64,000 nucleotides of DNA from Octopus vulgaris (Eukaryota): NCBI GenBank assembly GCA_951406725.2, contig OX597839.1, positions 3,658,001-3,722,000 on the forward strand, given 5' to 3'. Made by a program: the position numbers and the translations under genes. Shown here piece by piece: positions 1 to 13,446 of this stretch; position 1 is the first letter of the stretch, and every line of letters begins with the position of its first letter. The notes beneath the pieces were generated by a model, which ran no database searches, had not been told where the DNA came from, and worked only from the letters and a program-made list of their open reading frames with translations.

Positions 1-55
1 AACACACCAGCATCGGTTGTCAAGCAATGCTAGGGGGACAAACACAGACACACAA

Positions 56-100
<45 letters not shown>

Positions 101-993
101 TACGACAGGCTTCTTTCAGTTTCCGTCTACCAAATCCACTCACAAGGCATTGGTCGGCCCGGGGCTATAGCAGAAGACATTTGCCCAAGATGCCACGCAG
201 TGGGACTGAACTCGGAACCATGTGGTTGGTTAGCAAGCTTCTTACCACACAGCCATATATGCCATGGAGACTAGGAAACCAGCCTTTATGAGTTTATATC
301 ACTCTACTTTTTTTATTCTTACTACTCTGACCTGAAGTAGCAGCACTTGCTTGGGTCCCAGTTATGGGTCGCTTATCATATGTATATATTCATGGAAGGA
401 AGCACATGGCCTAGTAGTTAGAGCAGCAGACTTGTGGTTGAAGGATCACGGGTTTGAATCTCAGACTGGGCAATGTGTGTAATTATGAGCGAAACACCTA
501 AGCTCCACATAGCTCCGGCAGAAGGTAATGGCGAACCTAGGCTGACTCTTTCGTCACAACTTTCTCTCACTCTTTCCTCCTGCATCTTGCACCTCACCTC
601 CAACGGACCAGCGTTCTGTCCAAGTGGGGAACCTATACGCCAAGGCAACTGGGAAATCAGCCCTTATGAACCAGGCATGGCTCAAGAAGGAACAAACAAA
701 GCAAACATATTCATAGAAACCAAGAAACCAGCCATTGTGAGTCAGCATGACTTGAGAAGATAACTTTACCTTCACCTTATGTATAACAACCCGATTTCAT
801 TCAGGGCCACATTTTAATGATGAGGAATTTTGCCCTAGAGGCCACGCCTTTCAAAGCAAACTCAGAGTTACCATGCAAACTCCCCAGTACTTTTAACATG
901 TGTGCACATTTTCAGGTCAATCCAACCACATTTACTAAGTTTTGCCTGCACAATTGCTTGTGAGACAATGTTCGCCCTTTTCACAAATATATA

Positions 994-1757
994 TATTTCT
1001 TTACTACCCACAAGGGGCTAAACACAGAGGGGACAAACAAGGACAGACAAACTGATTAAGTCGATTACATTGACCTCAGTGTGTAAATGGCATTTAATTT
1101 ATCGACCCTGAAAGGATGAAAGGCAAAATCGACCTCGGCGGAATTTGAACTCAGAACGTAACGGCAGACGAAATACATATTTCTTTACACCCACTAGGGG
1201 CTCAACACATAGGGGACAAACAAGGACAGACAAACTGATTAAGTCGATTACATCAACCCCAGTCTGTACATTATACTTAATTTATCGACCCCAAAAGGAT
1301 GAAAGGCAAAGTCGACCTTGGCGGAATTTGAACTCGGAACGTAACGGCAGACGAAATACATATTTCTTTACTATCCACAAGGGGCTCAACACATAGGGGA
1401 CAAACAAGGACAGACAAACTGATTAAGTCGATTACATCGACCCCAAAAGGATGAAAGGCAAAGTCGACCTTGGCGGAATTTGAACTCGGAACGTAACGGC
1501 AGACGAAATACATATTTCTTTACTACCCACAAGGGGCTCAACACATAAGGGACAAACAAGGACAGACAAACTGATTAAGTCGATTACATCGACCCCAGTG
1601 TGTAAATGGTACTTAATTTATCAACGCCGAAAGGATGAAAGGCAAAGTCGACCTTGGCGGAATTTGAACTCAGACCGTAACGGCAGACGAAATACGGCTA
1701 CACATTTTGCCCAGCGTGCTAATGTTTCTGCCAGCTCGCCGCCTTTCTGCCAGCTCG
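994..1757 (-). repeat. Tandem array (4 units) of SINE family B body
   Basis: Unit starts ~994, 1178, 1361, 1513; only the last unit carries the 5' head. Confidence 0.85.
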
Positions 1758-2596
1758 CCTTTTCACAAATATATAGTAGAATTGGTCTGGTACATTATAT
1801 GTCCTCACAAATGAAAATTGCTATGAAACCCAACACTTCTGAGCATTTCCTTTCCTTATCTTTCAAATGATGTATCTATTAATAGAGTTCGATATTATTG
1901 CTGTATTAATCGTATAAAGATTATTGCTAATGACATCATTGAAACCTAGCAGCACTAACATCTTGATACGATATCAATGTCAGGACTCCTGCCTGCAATA
2001 AATCAGCTATCACACACGCACATACATGCAGACACATACACTCACAAACACAAACACGCAGGCACACACAAACACACACACATATCTCTCTTTCTTTCTC
2101 TCTTTTACTTGTTTCAGTCATTTGACTGTGGCCATGCTGGAGCACCGCCTTTAATCGAGCAACTCGACCCCGGGACTTATTCTTTTGTAAGCCCAGTACT
2201 TATTCTGTCGGTCTCTTTTTGCCGAACCGCTAAATAACAGGGACATAAACACACCAGCATCGGTTGTCAAGCAATGCTAGGAGGACAAACACAGACATAC
2301 AAACACACACACGCATATATATATATATATATATATACTAAGTAATTAAGGGTTTAGCAACGAATTGCCTCACCAACACTGAGGCAATTCGACTTTGCTT
2401 TTCATCCTTTTGGGGTCGATAAATTAAGTACCATTTACAGACTGGGGTCGATGTAATCGACTTAATCCGTTTGTCTGTCCTTGTTTGTCCCCTATGTGTT
2501 GAGCCCCTAGTGGGTGTAAAGAAATATGTCCCCTACTTGGTGTAATTGATAATTATCCCTAATTAATTAATTTCACCCTTTTATTATTACTGATAA

Positions 2597-2649
<53 letters not shown>

Positions 2650-3167
2650 TACGATGGGCTTCATTCAGTTTCCGTCTACCAAATCCACTCACAAGGCTTT
2701 GGTCGGCCCGAGGCTATAGTAGAAGACACTTGCCCAAGGTGCCACGTAGTGGGACTGAACCTGGAACCATGTGGTTTGTAAACAAGCTACTTACCACACA
2801 GCCACTCCTGCGCCTATGCATTCACATACAGACACATACACTCACAAACACACACCAATACTCTTTACTCTTTTACTTGTTTCAGTCATTTGACTGTGGC
2901 CATGCTGGAGCACCGCCTTTAGTCGAGCAAGCCTAGTACTTATTCTATCGGTCTCTTTTGTCGAGCCGCTAAGTCACGGGGACATAAACACACTGCCATC
3001 GGTTGTCAAGCGATGTTGGTGGGGGGGAATCACAGAACCACAGAAACACAAATATATATATGTATATATGGCGATCCTTCGGTATAAGTACACACGTGAC
3101 TTTGTTTACATTTCTGAAGATAACAGAAACCCTTTTCTCCCACCCCTAACCCTAACCCTAACACAAA

Positions 3168-3640
3168 CCCTAACCCTAGTATATACGACGAGCTTCTTTC
3201 AATTTCCGTCTACCAAATTCACTCACAAGGCTTTGGTCGGCCCGAGGCTATAGTAGAAGACACTTGCCCAAGGTACCACGCAGTAGGACTGAACCCGGAA
3301 CCGTGTGGTTGAAAAGTTTTCGTTTCGACTCAGAAAGTCCGGTGGGCCGCCAAATTATCCACAAGCGTTGTACATTTAATCATTTAGCCATCGATCTAAC
3401 CGTAACCCTAACCCTAGTATATACGGCGAGTTTCTTTCAGTTTCCGTCTACCAAATCCACTCACAAGGCTTTGGTCGGCCCGAGGCTATAGTAGAAGACA
3501 CTTGCCCAAGGTACCACGCAGTAGGACTGAACCCGGAACCATGTGGTTGAAAAGTTTTCGTTTCGACTCAGAAAGTCCCGTGGGCCGCAAAATTATCCAC
3601 AAGCATTGTACATTTAATCATTTAGCCATCGATCTAACTT
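3168..3640. repeat. ~238-bp direct tandem duplication (CCCTAA repeats + SINE A head + unique)
   Basis: ccctaaccctagtatatacg at ~3168 and ~3406 with near-identical downstream sequence. Confidence 0.85.
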
Positions 3641-4094
3641 TAACGAGCAAACAAACAATAATGTCTTTATAGCATGTCTAAGCTGGTCGGAAATTCTTTG
3701 CAGAAGTACCTATAAAATAGTCGTCACCGTTATCAGAGTCTTCTTGTTTATTATTATTGTGTATATATGTGTGTGTGTGTGTGCCATATCTAACTCGATT
3801 TCTCCTCCCACACATTATCAGTTCCCATTGTCAGCTGATGTTCACTCCTCTTCTATAGTAGGTGTTTTGTTTCTAATTCTATATTTTCTACCGTTTTTCA
3901 ACGTTTGTTCTAAAAAACAAAGCAATTGTTTTTCTTTAATTAATTAATCATTATACGCAGTATAATTGATATTTTCTGTCCAGCTGTCGTAACTCTTACA
4001 TGTCTCTTCTTTTGTATATATTGACGAACCATATGTCTATTTATGTATGATTAGCTTTAACATCTGTGTATAATATAAAGTATGTAGTTGTATA

Positions 4095-4890
4095 TATATG
4101 TACGTGTATATAATATATAGTTGTGTATATGTGTGTATAATGTATACTTGTGTATATGTATGTGTGCATAATATATACTTGTATATATGTATGTGTGTAT
4201 AATGTAGACTTGTGTATATGTATGTGTGTATAATATATACCTGTGTATATGTATGTGTGTATAATATATACCTGTGTATATGTATGTGTGTATAATATAT
4301 ACTTGTGTATATGTACGTGTGTATAATATATACTTGTGTATACGTATGTGTGTATAATGTATACTTGTGTATATGTATGTGTGTATAATGTAGACTTGTG
4401 TATATGTATGTGTGTATAATATATACCTGTGTATATGTATGTGTGTATAATATATACTTGTGTATATGTATGTGTGTATAATATATACTTGTGTATATGT
4501 ATGTGTGTATAATATATACTTGTGTATATGTATGTGTGCATAATATATACTTGTGTATATGTGTGTATAATATATACTTGTGTATATGTGTGTATAATGT
4601 ATACTTGTGTATATGTATGTGTGTATAATGTATACTTGTGTATATGTATGTGTGCATAATATATACTTGTATATATGTATGTGTGTATAATGTAGACTTG
4701 TGTATAATGTAGCCTTGTGTATATGTATGTGTGTATAATATATACCTGTGTATATGTATGTGTGTATAATATATACTTGTGTATATGTATGTGTGTATAA
4801 TATATACTTGTGTATATGTATGTGTGTATAATATATACTTGTGTATATGTGTGTGCATAATGTATACTTGTGTATACGTATGTGTGTAAC
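4095..4890. repeat. ~29-bp minisatellite (tgtgtataatatatacttgtgtatatgta)n
   Basis: About 27 near-identical units; source of the spurious 273/283-aa ORFs. Confidence 0.95.
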
Positions 4891-5649
4891 ATATACCTTA
4901 TGTATACAGTATTTGTGTATAACGTATACTTGTATATATGTATGTTATGTATATGCTTATAATGTATCTTGTATGTACATAGGTATAAAGATTACTTATT
5001 CTATCTACTTGTATATAATTATGCTTCATGGTAATTAGTAAGGTCCGGCGGATCACTGGCACTCATCTTTGAGTGTAACGATTCCCATTTTGCCGAAACA
5101 GCCGTTTACTAATTGAAGCGATTACGTAACTGTTATTTTGTCATTCATTTGTTAATACGTGTGTGATAGGTAGGTAGATAGATAGATAGATAGATATAAT
5201 ATGCATATATTATGTATGTGTGTGTGTGTGTGTGTATATATATGTATGTATGTATAATAAATTTTTTGTTCTAATGGATACATGTCAATTAGTGCGTTGA
5301 GTAAAGTACGTTCACAGCTTGGGCGACCTGGTATCGTCCAAAGTTGGGATATATTTCCGCTAGATCTACTTCAGGAATTCCGCAGTGTTAGTTGAGATAA
5401 TAATTAAAGGAAACGGATGATAGATTTGGTGTGTACACACACACACACACATATTACAATATGCATGTATAGCATATATGTGTATATGTATATATTATAT
5501 AGATACACACACATAAATGTTTGTTTTTATGTTATGTTATGTTACGATAAAACAGTTTTTCATTAAACTGAAGAATTGCTCAATACTTTTTGTTGAGGGA
5601 AAATTTATTATAAGAAGACAGCCTGATTCCTTAACAAGAAAAATGGTAT

Positions 5650-6010
5650 TGACTATGATTTCTAAATCACGGTGTTTAATGAAAGTGTTTGTACAAAGTG
5701 AGTCGTGTGTGTTCGTATGTTCAAACATCGATTTAATTTTCGAATCTGTTCGTCCTGTTTCTTATTCTCAATTCAGAAAGAAAGACGAAAACAAATAAGA
5801 AGGCGATTCCTAGTCTTGGTCTTCTATCATAATTCGGATGTATAACAGGAATATAAATTGTTCAAAGTGTATGACTGGTCTTTTATCTTATCTTCAAAAG
5901 GTTGTACCTAACTGTAACAATTACTGCCCTATTGAATGCGACGGAATTGGACAGAACGTCATCTGTGAAGATTTGACGATCGGTCAAACGTAATTGGTAT
6001 AAGCTAACTT
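5650..6010. promoter_or_regulatory. Second CpG-retaining unique region, possible distal promoter/first exon
   Basis: Repeat-free and CpG-enriched relative to surroundings; no diagnostic motif. Confidence 0.2.
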
Positions 6011-6782
6011 CGTCCCTAAATAAGACATCATAGATGCGTATAGAATTTTTATTAGACCAATAGTTGTTGATGTTTGACTTTGATTTGTGGAAAGAAGGGT
6101 TTCAATTCTTGTTCTCTTTTGTAAAAATAAAAAGTAAAAACATGAGTAAAAGTCTCGTGGGTAATGTAAAAAAACAAAGTCCTTCTGGGACGAAAGTTGA
6201 TTGTTGTTGACTAACACTCACGTGCGTGCACTCTTACGCACACACAGTCTTTCTCTCTCTCACTCTCACTTCCATACACACTTTCTTTCTCTTCCTTCCT
6301 CACACTTTTTCCCCACCATACACTGTCTCTCTCTTAACCACACACATTCTTACTGTCTTCTCTACAGATCCACACACACACATTCTCTCTCTCTCTCTGT
6401 CTTTCTCTCCACACACACACACACTCTGTCACACACACCCTCTCATTTACTCTCACTCTTCCTCTCCACACACTCACATACGAAACAATTGTCACAATCA
6501 CCAACAGCACTATCTCTGTCGACGGGCCAAGGAAATACAACCAACAGATGATCATTCAGTCTGCTAAAAATAGCAGCCAAAATCCTTCCTCACACCACAC
6601 CCTATTTTCTTAAGAAAAGCAAAGAGCACATTACACTTTACAGAGTGGTACTGAATTCAAAACTGTGATTTGGAAGCAAACTTTTTTTTACCACAAAGCC
6701 ATGCCTGACAAAATACTCAAAATAGTAGTCAAATCTCCCTCAAATTACACCTCACAGTCTTAAAAAAGATAGGAAAACATTT

Positions 6783-8042
6783 TATCAGGTCATTAAGAAT
6801 GAAGTGTCCGATTTTGAACAAAGTTTATTTTACTTTATCCCAGCAAAATACAATGCAGTTAATCAATGTACCTAAATTATCATCACAATTTTGCCATTTT
6901 ACCAGTAGCTTATTTATGCTGGCTGCAAAGAATTCTGGAGAGGAAGAGGTGATGAAATTATGAAAGGCTGTTTTTGCATCTTCTGATTTGAAGTTTTTTC
7001 CTTGCAAAAACTTTATCTTATGCCTGGAAAACGTGATAGTCAGTTGATGCAAGGTCTGGTGAATATGGTGGATGACAGAGTTCTTCCTAGTTCAGTTCCT
7101 GTAACTTTGAGTAGTGTTCTTTGTGCAAACATGTGATCAAGTATTATCTTGCAAGAGAATTGGTCTGTCTCTATTGATCAACCTCAGTTGTTTAACTGCA
7201 AGTTCACTCATCATTTCATCTAATTGGTTGATGTATACATTCTCTGTAATTGACTTACCAGGTCTCATGAAGCTGTAGTGGATGACACCATTAACATTTT
7301 TTGGTGAATATTCTTTTTTTGGATTGTGTTTTGGCACTTCGTTTCTATCCAACCATCATGCAGAACACTTGCTGTTATTGAAAAGAATCCATTTTTTTTT
7401 ATCACACATAACAATGTGATGCAAAAAAAGGTTCACTTTTATGCTGTGGCAGCAAACAACAGCAAGTTTCAAGATGTGCCATTTGATGCTCGTTCAGTTC
7501 ATCTGGTACCCAGTTGTCCAGCTTCTTTACTTTGCCAATTTGTTTCACATGGTCCAATACAGTTGGAATCGAAACGTCAAACCTTGCTGTTAACCCATGC
7601 ATGGTTTGAGATGTATCCACTTCCACTATAGTTTCCAGCTCATCATTATCCACCTTGGTCTCAGCTCTATCACAGGGATGATTTTTAAGAGTAAAGTCAC
7701 CAGACCAGAACTTCTCAAACCATGGATGTACAGTGCTCTCATTTGCCACATCTCCACCAAACACCTCATTGATGTTTCAAGCTGTCTGGGATGCATTGGT
7801 TCCATGACAGCACTCGTATTCATAAATAATACGAATTTTTTATCTATCCATAGGTTCACAAAAATTGATTTACTAGAGAAAACTCACAATATAATCAGAC
7901 ACCATGAATTGCATTTCGAAAAATGATGGTGTAACTCTTCAATGTTGCAAAACAAAAAATTGTTAGGATAAAACATTAGAGTTAATGACTATCAAACTTG
8001 GCACGTAAGAAAATCAGACATTTCACTCTTAATGACCTGATG
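6783..8042 (-). mobile_element. Mariner transposon, full-length relic (frameshifted transposase)
   Basis: ~30-bp TIRs atcaggtcattaagaatgaagtgtccgatttt / aaaatcagacatttcactcttaatgacctgat; motifs WVPDEL (WVPHEL), LLQDN, HPPYSPDLA spread across frames; 1.26 kb. Confidence 0.92.
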
Positions 8043-9249
8043 TAATGTAGACGGAGATATTACACTGCTAAAAAAAAGGGGGCAGGGACAGGATGATCAC
8101 CACTGAAATGCTCAACCCGTAAGAAATAGCAGCCAATTGTTATTCCAGTCATACTTTACTGTCTTAGACAAAGCAGATGACACCTACTGCTGAATAAACA
8201 AAGGGATGGTCATGGCTGGAACCAGGGCCATTGTAGCAGCAAACGAATGCACTGGGCCCTGTAGTATTTACTTACTGACAGCAAGCCACAACATATATAG
8301 ATCAAAATTAGTCCTTTAGACCCATGACTTCCCTGGACAATTTCCAAGTGTGTCTATATGTTAAGTTGGCATAGACAAGAACACATTCCATTCCAGGTCT
8401 CCTCAATCTGTAAACCACTATAGCTTCAATAGCTTCTCCTCTAAATCAGATTACCTGTCAGCTAATCCAGGGTTGATAGGCTTGTTTATATATCTAAACC
8501 TGGAACTGGTCACATTTTAAATAGTCTACAATGATAAGAAATTGGTCTTTTGGACTATTAACTTTATCATTAGATATAGAAAATATTTTTCTTTTGTTTA
8601 CAAAATTTAGATTTACCCTAATAAAATTTCATTATCTGGTCTTATTATATTTGGATGTTGTACATAATTCCAAGATGGATTTGTACATGGAATTTTGTTT
8701 CCACAGTAACGGTAATTATCACTGAAATTCTTGTCTGCCAGGCTATTAGCATTATTAGTTGTCATGATTGACTGCTAAATCCACAAGTTTTTTTTATTCT
8801 CTCTTTGCTTATTTCCTCATGTTCCTTTCTGTTGAAGAGCATAGACTCGAAACATAAAAGACTTTCTCACCTTCCTGGGCATCAAACTAATACACCTGCT
8901 TGTTCATACACCTGTCTTTGTCTTTTGTTTTTCTATAAATTTTAACTATTGGCATTATTACTGATACCATAAATCTTAGCTTTACAGATGAAAAATGTTT
9001 TTACTATGGTGATATTTTGAACACAACATCACCATTAAAACTGCAGAAATATTGGGTATTATTACCCTTACAAGTGTAGAAAAGGTTGTTGTCAACAAAC
9101 AGCCATAGCTGTTTGTTGACAACTTTTTCTGCCTTTTAAGGGTAATAATAACCAATTTTTTCTGCTATTTTAACAGCAATACTCATCATCATTTAACATC
9201 CGTTTTCCATGCTGGTATGTGTTGGATGGTTCTGAAATGGCTCTGATGA

Positions 9250-9947
9250 AAGTAGCATTAATTTTCTTAGGTCATTCAATCTCTTACAAATCTTCTGGAC
9301 AGTATCCTTGTTTAAGTTGGTGAATGCTGCCATAATTCTTGCCTCCAATTCATCTTTGGTGTTACAGGGAGTTTTGTTGGTCTCTCACTGAATGGCACCC
9401 CACACATAATAATCAAGGGGGTTGCAGTCTAGATCGCCAGGTGTCAGGGGTGATGTGGTCACAGAAATTGTCTGACAGCCACAACTGGGTTTTTCTGCTT
9501 CTTTGGCGTGGTGCAGAGTCCTGTTGCCAGCAGCCGCCCTCTTCACCCAGGGTAGCACTACCCCCTCCAGGCACTTGATGTGGGCCACTGTATTGAGTCT
9601 GAGGCCATGTGGAAAGATGAATGGAGGCATAATGTTGCAATCACTGGTGATCACTCCAAACACCATGATGTTGACTGGATGTTTGAATTTTATCAGTCTT
9701 GGTACATATCCTCAGATTGACATACAAACACTTTGAAACGTTTGTATTGGAGCCTCTGGTGCAAATGCCAAGCAGTACAACATGTCATTTCCAAATTTCT
9801 GGCTGAGTGAATTACGATATGGTGCTGTTTTTCTCACAGTGCCCAACTGACCCTACTATACTGTGTAGTCGACAAAATCAAAAACAAACAATACACATGC
9901 ATGAAATTAGAAATATAAAATAGTGACAATTTACCCATCGCACTCTG
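9250..9947 (-). mobile_element. Tc1/mariner DD37D (maT-like) transposon relic, internally deleted
   Basis: MVFGVITSD, WQQDSAP...DCNPLDYYVWG motifs across frames; one terminus TA|CAGAGTGCGATGGGTAAATTGTCAC. Confidence 0.8.
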
Positions 9948-9955
9948 TATGTATG

Positions 9956-10003
<48 letters not shown>

Positions 10004-10004
<1 letters not shown>

Positions 10005-10373
10005 TAGCAGTATCGCCCGGCGTTGCTCGGGTTTGTAAGGGAAATAACTATAAAGCATTTTTAGAGAGTTATAACCAAAAAATGGGAAAAAATGATGGTA
10101 AATTTTTTTTTAGTTAAAAAGGTCGAGTTGCGTCCCCTAGACAGTCTGTGGTTTGTGTTTCTGATTCTCGACCCCATGTCGAATTTATCGATTTTTTTCA
10201 GAACTGGGGGAACTTTTCAAAATTTTCGCTGCGTTAGTTTTGAATTATGACATTGGGCTATGTGTGTGTCAAGTTTCATCAGAATCGGTTGAAAGCCGTG
10301 GTCAGGGTGAGGGTACAACATAACAGACACACAGAAACACACACAGACAAACTGCCGTTTATATATAGAGAGA
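10004..10373 (-). mobile_element. Non-autonomous Helitron
   Basis: On - strand A|TCTCTCTATATATAAACGG ... GC-rich hairpin CCCGAGCAACGCCGGG ... CTAG|T; no TSD. Confidence 0.85.
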
Positions 10374-11321
10374 TATATTCATTTCTGTCTACCAATTCTA
10401 TTCACAAAGCTTTGGTCAGCCCAGGGCTATCATAGAAGACACTTGAACAAGTTGGTATGTTGTGGGATGACTGAACCCAAAACAAGTGGTTGAGAAGCAA
10501 ACTTCTTACAAAACAGTTACATACTTAAAAAAAAAAAATCAAGGTTTCAGAAAAAACACAATTTCCAAAAAAAATTCTGTATTCCAAAGTTTTCTATAAC
10601 TGGCATTCCATCAGTTACATTGATGAGGGTTCCAGTCAATTTGATCAACCAAACAGCCTGTTTGTGAAATCAACTTGCAAGTGGCTGAGTACTTCACAGA
10701 CATGCATACCATTAATGTAGTTCTCAAGGAGATTTAGCATGACATAGAATGTGACAAGGCTGGCTCTTTGAAATACAAATACTACTCATTTTTGCCAGCT
10801 GAGTGGATTGGAGCAATGTGAAATAGTCTTGCTCAAGGACACAGTGCACCACCAGATATTGAACTCATGACCTTATGACTGTGAGCCAAATACTCAGTGA
10901 AAGCAGTCAAGTTTATGTTAAATATTCTCATTTAAAATCTGGCTAATCATTGAAAAGACGTTGGTGTAGCCTTGTGTGGAGGTTTGTGCTCTCTGAGTGC
11001 TCGTTACTATTATTTTAGTGCCTCTGTCTAAACCCTTTTATCATACAACATGTGACCTCCTCAATGACTCCCCATCCCATGTGTTCCCCCTTGTTCTGCT
11101 TATTCCATTTCTCTCTTGCTCTAATACTAAATAATTATAGCAACAAAGACCACTCATTTAAATATAGCTTACGTTTCTCTTCATGTACAGCTGTGTGTAT
11201 AATTCATATCTTATTTTACTATTTTTACGTTATTGCTTATGACCATACTAGGCCACCACTTTCAAATAGCTTTTAGTTAATTATGTCAACCACCTGTATT
11301 TAGTCTTTATGCATATAATAA

Positions 11322-11625
11322 TAATAATAATTGTGTACAGTGCTCAGGTGCACTACAACTCATCTAAAGTGTATATATAATCAGGTGTAGTTTCGGCGGA
11401 TTTCGGAAAGCATGAGGGCCTTAAAGGATGCAGTGTCATGGCAGTCAACAACTGACGCAGGCAGTTTATTCCATGCTTCAGCAACTCTGAGCGTGAAAAA
11501 ATGTTTCCGAAAGTCATGGGAGCTGTGTTGTTTTCTGACTTTGTAGGCATGTCCACGTGTGTTAGACACATGGAGATCAAAAAGGTGTTCAGTGTTGTTG
11601 TTGGTGAGGTGGTTGATCCGTCTTC
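11322..11625 (-). mobile_element. CR1-clade LINE 3' fragment
   Basis: TRGHAYKV...FFTLRVAEAWNKLPASVV C-terminal ORF2 motif followed by (TTA)n tail. Confidence 0.85.
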
Positions 11626-11975
11626 ATATTTATCTATATAAGGCATCTGTTCACAATCTAAGAGTCAACCAACTGAAACACTGTGTAGCTGTACATTAAT
11701 GTTGTAAATGTACACTCATTGTATTCCAATTTCCTTCAGTTTCAATAATTAGCAGATGTCTGACTATCTTTTGATACAGTCACAACACAGGCTACACCTT
11801 CTGGTTTTTTGAATATAATTTTCAGAAATAACCTAATAAGTTTACCATTAATTCCATGAAATATTCATGGGTCCCTGTATTTGGTTTTACCAGTTTGCTG
11901 TCTTTTTAATAATAATAATCCTTTCTAGTATAGGCTCAAGGCCTGAGAATTTTAGTAGAAAGGAATACTATTATC

Positions 11976-12399
11976 CAGTTCTATATTTAAGAGCTGAGGA
12001 ATTATGTACATTATATACATTTGACGGATATTTGTCCTCATCTTGTTTGTTGTTAACGTTTCAGCTGATATACCCTCCAGGCTTCATTAGGTTCTTAGGG
12101 AAATTTCGAACCTGGGTTCTCATTCCTAAGGTATTTTTCGATGTTATTGTTATTATCATTATTATGCCCATGGGCATGTGGGGTAGTGGTTAAGAGCGCA
12201 GGCTACTAACCCCAAGATTCCGAGTTCAATTCCAGGCAGTGACCTAAATCATAATAATAATAATAATATTGAAAAATACCTTAGGAATGAGAACCCAGGT
12301 TCGAAATTTCTCCAAGACACCTGATGAAGGCTGGAGAGTATATCAGCCGAAACGTGTTAACAAACAAGATGAGGAGAAATATCCCTATAATGTAAATAA
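11976..12399 (+). mobile_element. tRNA-headed element with hammerhead-like tail and inverted 3'-end copy (copy 1)
   Basis: Inverted tail 11976-12165; tRNA-like head with A box ~12179-12189 and B box gagttcaattc 12222-12232; (TAA)n; tail with CTGATGA-aGGCTG..CAGCC-GAAAC at 12321-12353. Confidence 0.7.
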
Positions 12400-13385
12400 G
12401 AGGCAAGCTGGCAGAATTGTTAGCATGCTGGGCAAAATGCTTAGAAGCTTTTCATCTGTTTTTACGTTCTGAGTTCAAATTCTTCCGAGGTTGACTTTAC
12501 CTTTCATCCTTTACTCAACTAGTCCCCTTCCCTAAATTTCAGGCCTTGTGTCTATAGTAGAAAGGATTCTTACTATTATTAATTTTCTTTTTTCTCCCTT
12601 TTTTTTTTATTGTCATATAGCAATGAAGCTGGTGGAATTGTGATTTATGAAAAGATAGGTCTCAACAATGAGTTGCAAGCAACATATTTAAATAATGACT
12701 AAACTGTCACTGAAATAATTAAAGATAATTATTAGTAATTAAAAGTTGTCTAAATTAAACAGTTCACAGAATGGTTTGTTAAAGAGGAGAAAGGGAAAGA
12801 AAGAAAGGAGATAAGGGGAGGGGGAATTCCAAGGCATATAATGCGTGTGTTACACTCCCAGAATAGAAATTTCACATCTAAATTATGCTTCTTCATGTCA
12901 TCTACCTAGGGCTGTTGTTGTTTAGCACCGGGTGGACTCTAAGCTGTGACTATCAGATCAGTCTGTCAATCTTTCTGTTTATACACACACACATACAAAC
13001 ACAAAGACTCACTCGTATAGATTATACAGATACATATAGGGTAAAAACCCCCTTTGGTCATGAATGACCATGGGATTGCACCTAGAAAGTTACCCACTGA
13101 GGCAAAAGTCTAGGCAAGGTTGTTTATCGAAGACTAGCAGTCACCCATGCATACCAGCCTCCCCTCCCCATGCCACGGATGTCATCCAAGGGAAAGACAG
13201 AGGGGCCGATTCAGCTTGACATCAGTGACATCCCTACACATTTCCACAGCTGAGTGAACTGGAGCAACATGAAATCTCTTGATCAAGAACACAGCCAGGT
13301 CCGGGAATTGAACTCTCTACCTCATGATTGTGAGTGAGCCCGATGCTCTAACCACTAAGCCATGTGCCTTCACACATCTATCTAG

Positions 13386-13446
<61 letters not shown>

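Noticed and set aside
1790-1995. Minus-strand exon of a divergent gene (ttgcag acceptor near 1992)
   Set aside because: All frames stop quickly and no donor or partner exon could be linked; may be non-coding.
3143-3180. (CCCTAA)n as a telomere or fusion scar
   Set aside because: Only a few units, embedded in a transposon-like fragment also seen at ~15900-15950.
4037-4892. 273-aa and 283-aa ORFs
   Set aside because: Translations of a 29-bp minisatellite; no coding signal.
12170-12245. tRNA genes (also 25350-25421, 28211-28290, 49918-49985)
   Set aside because: A/B boxes are present but there is no proper acceptor stem, and each continues into a repeat body: SINE heads.
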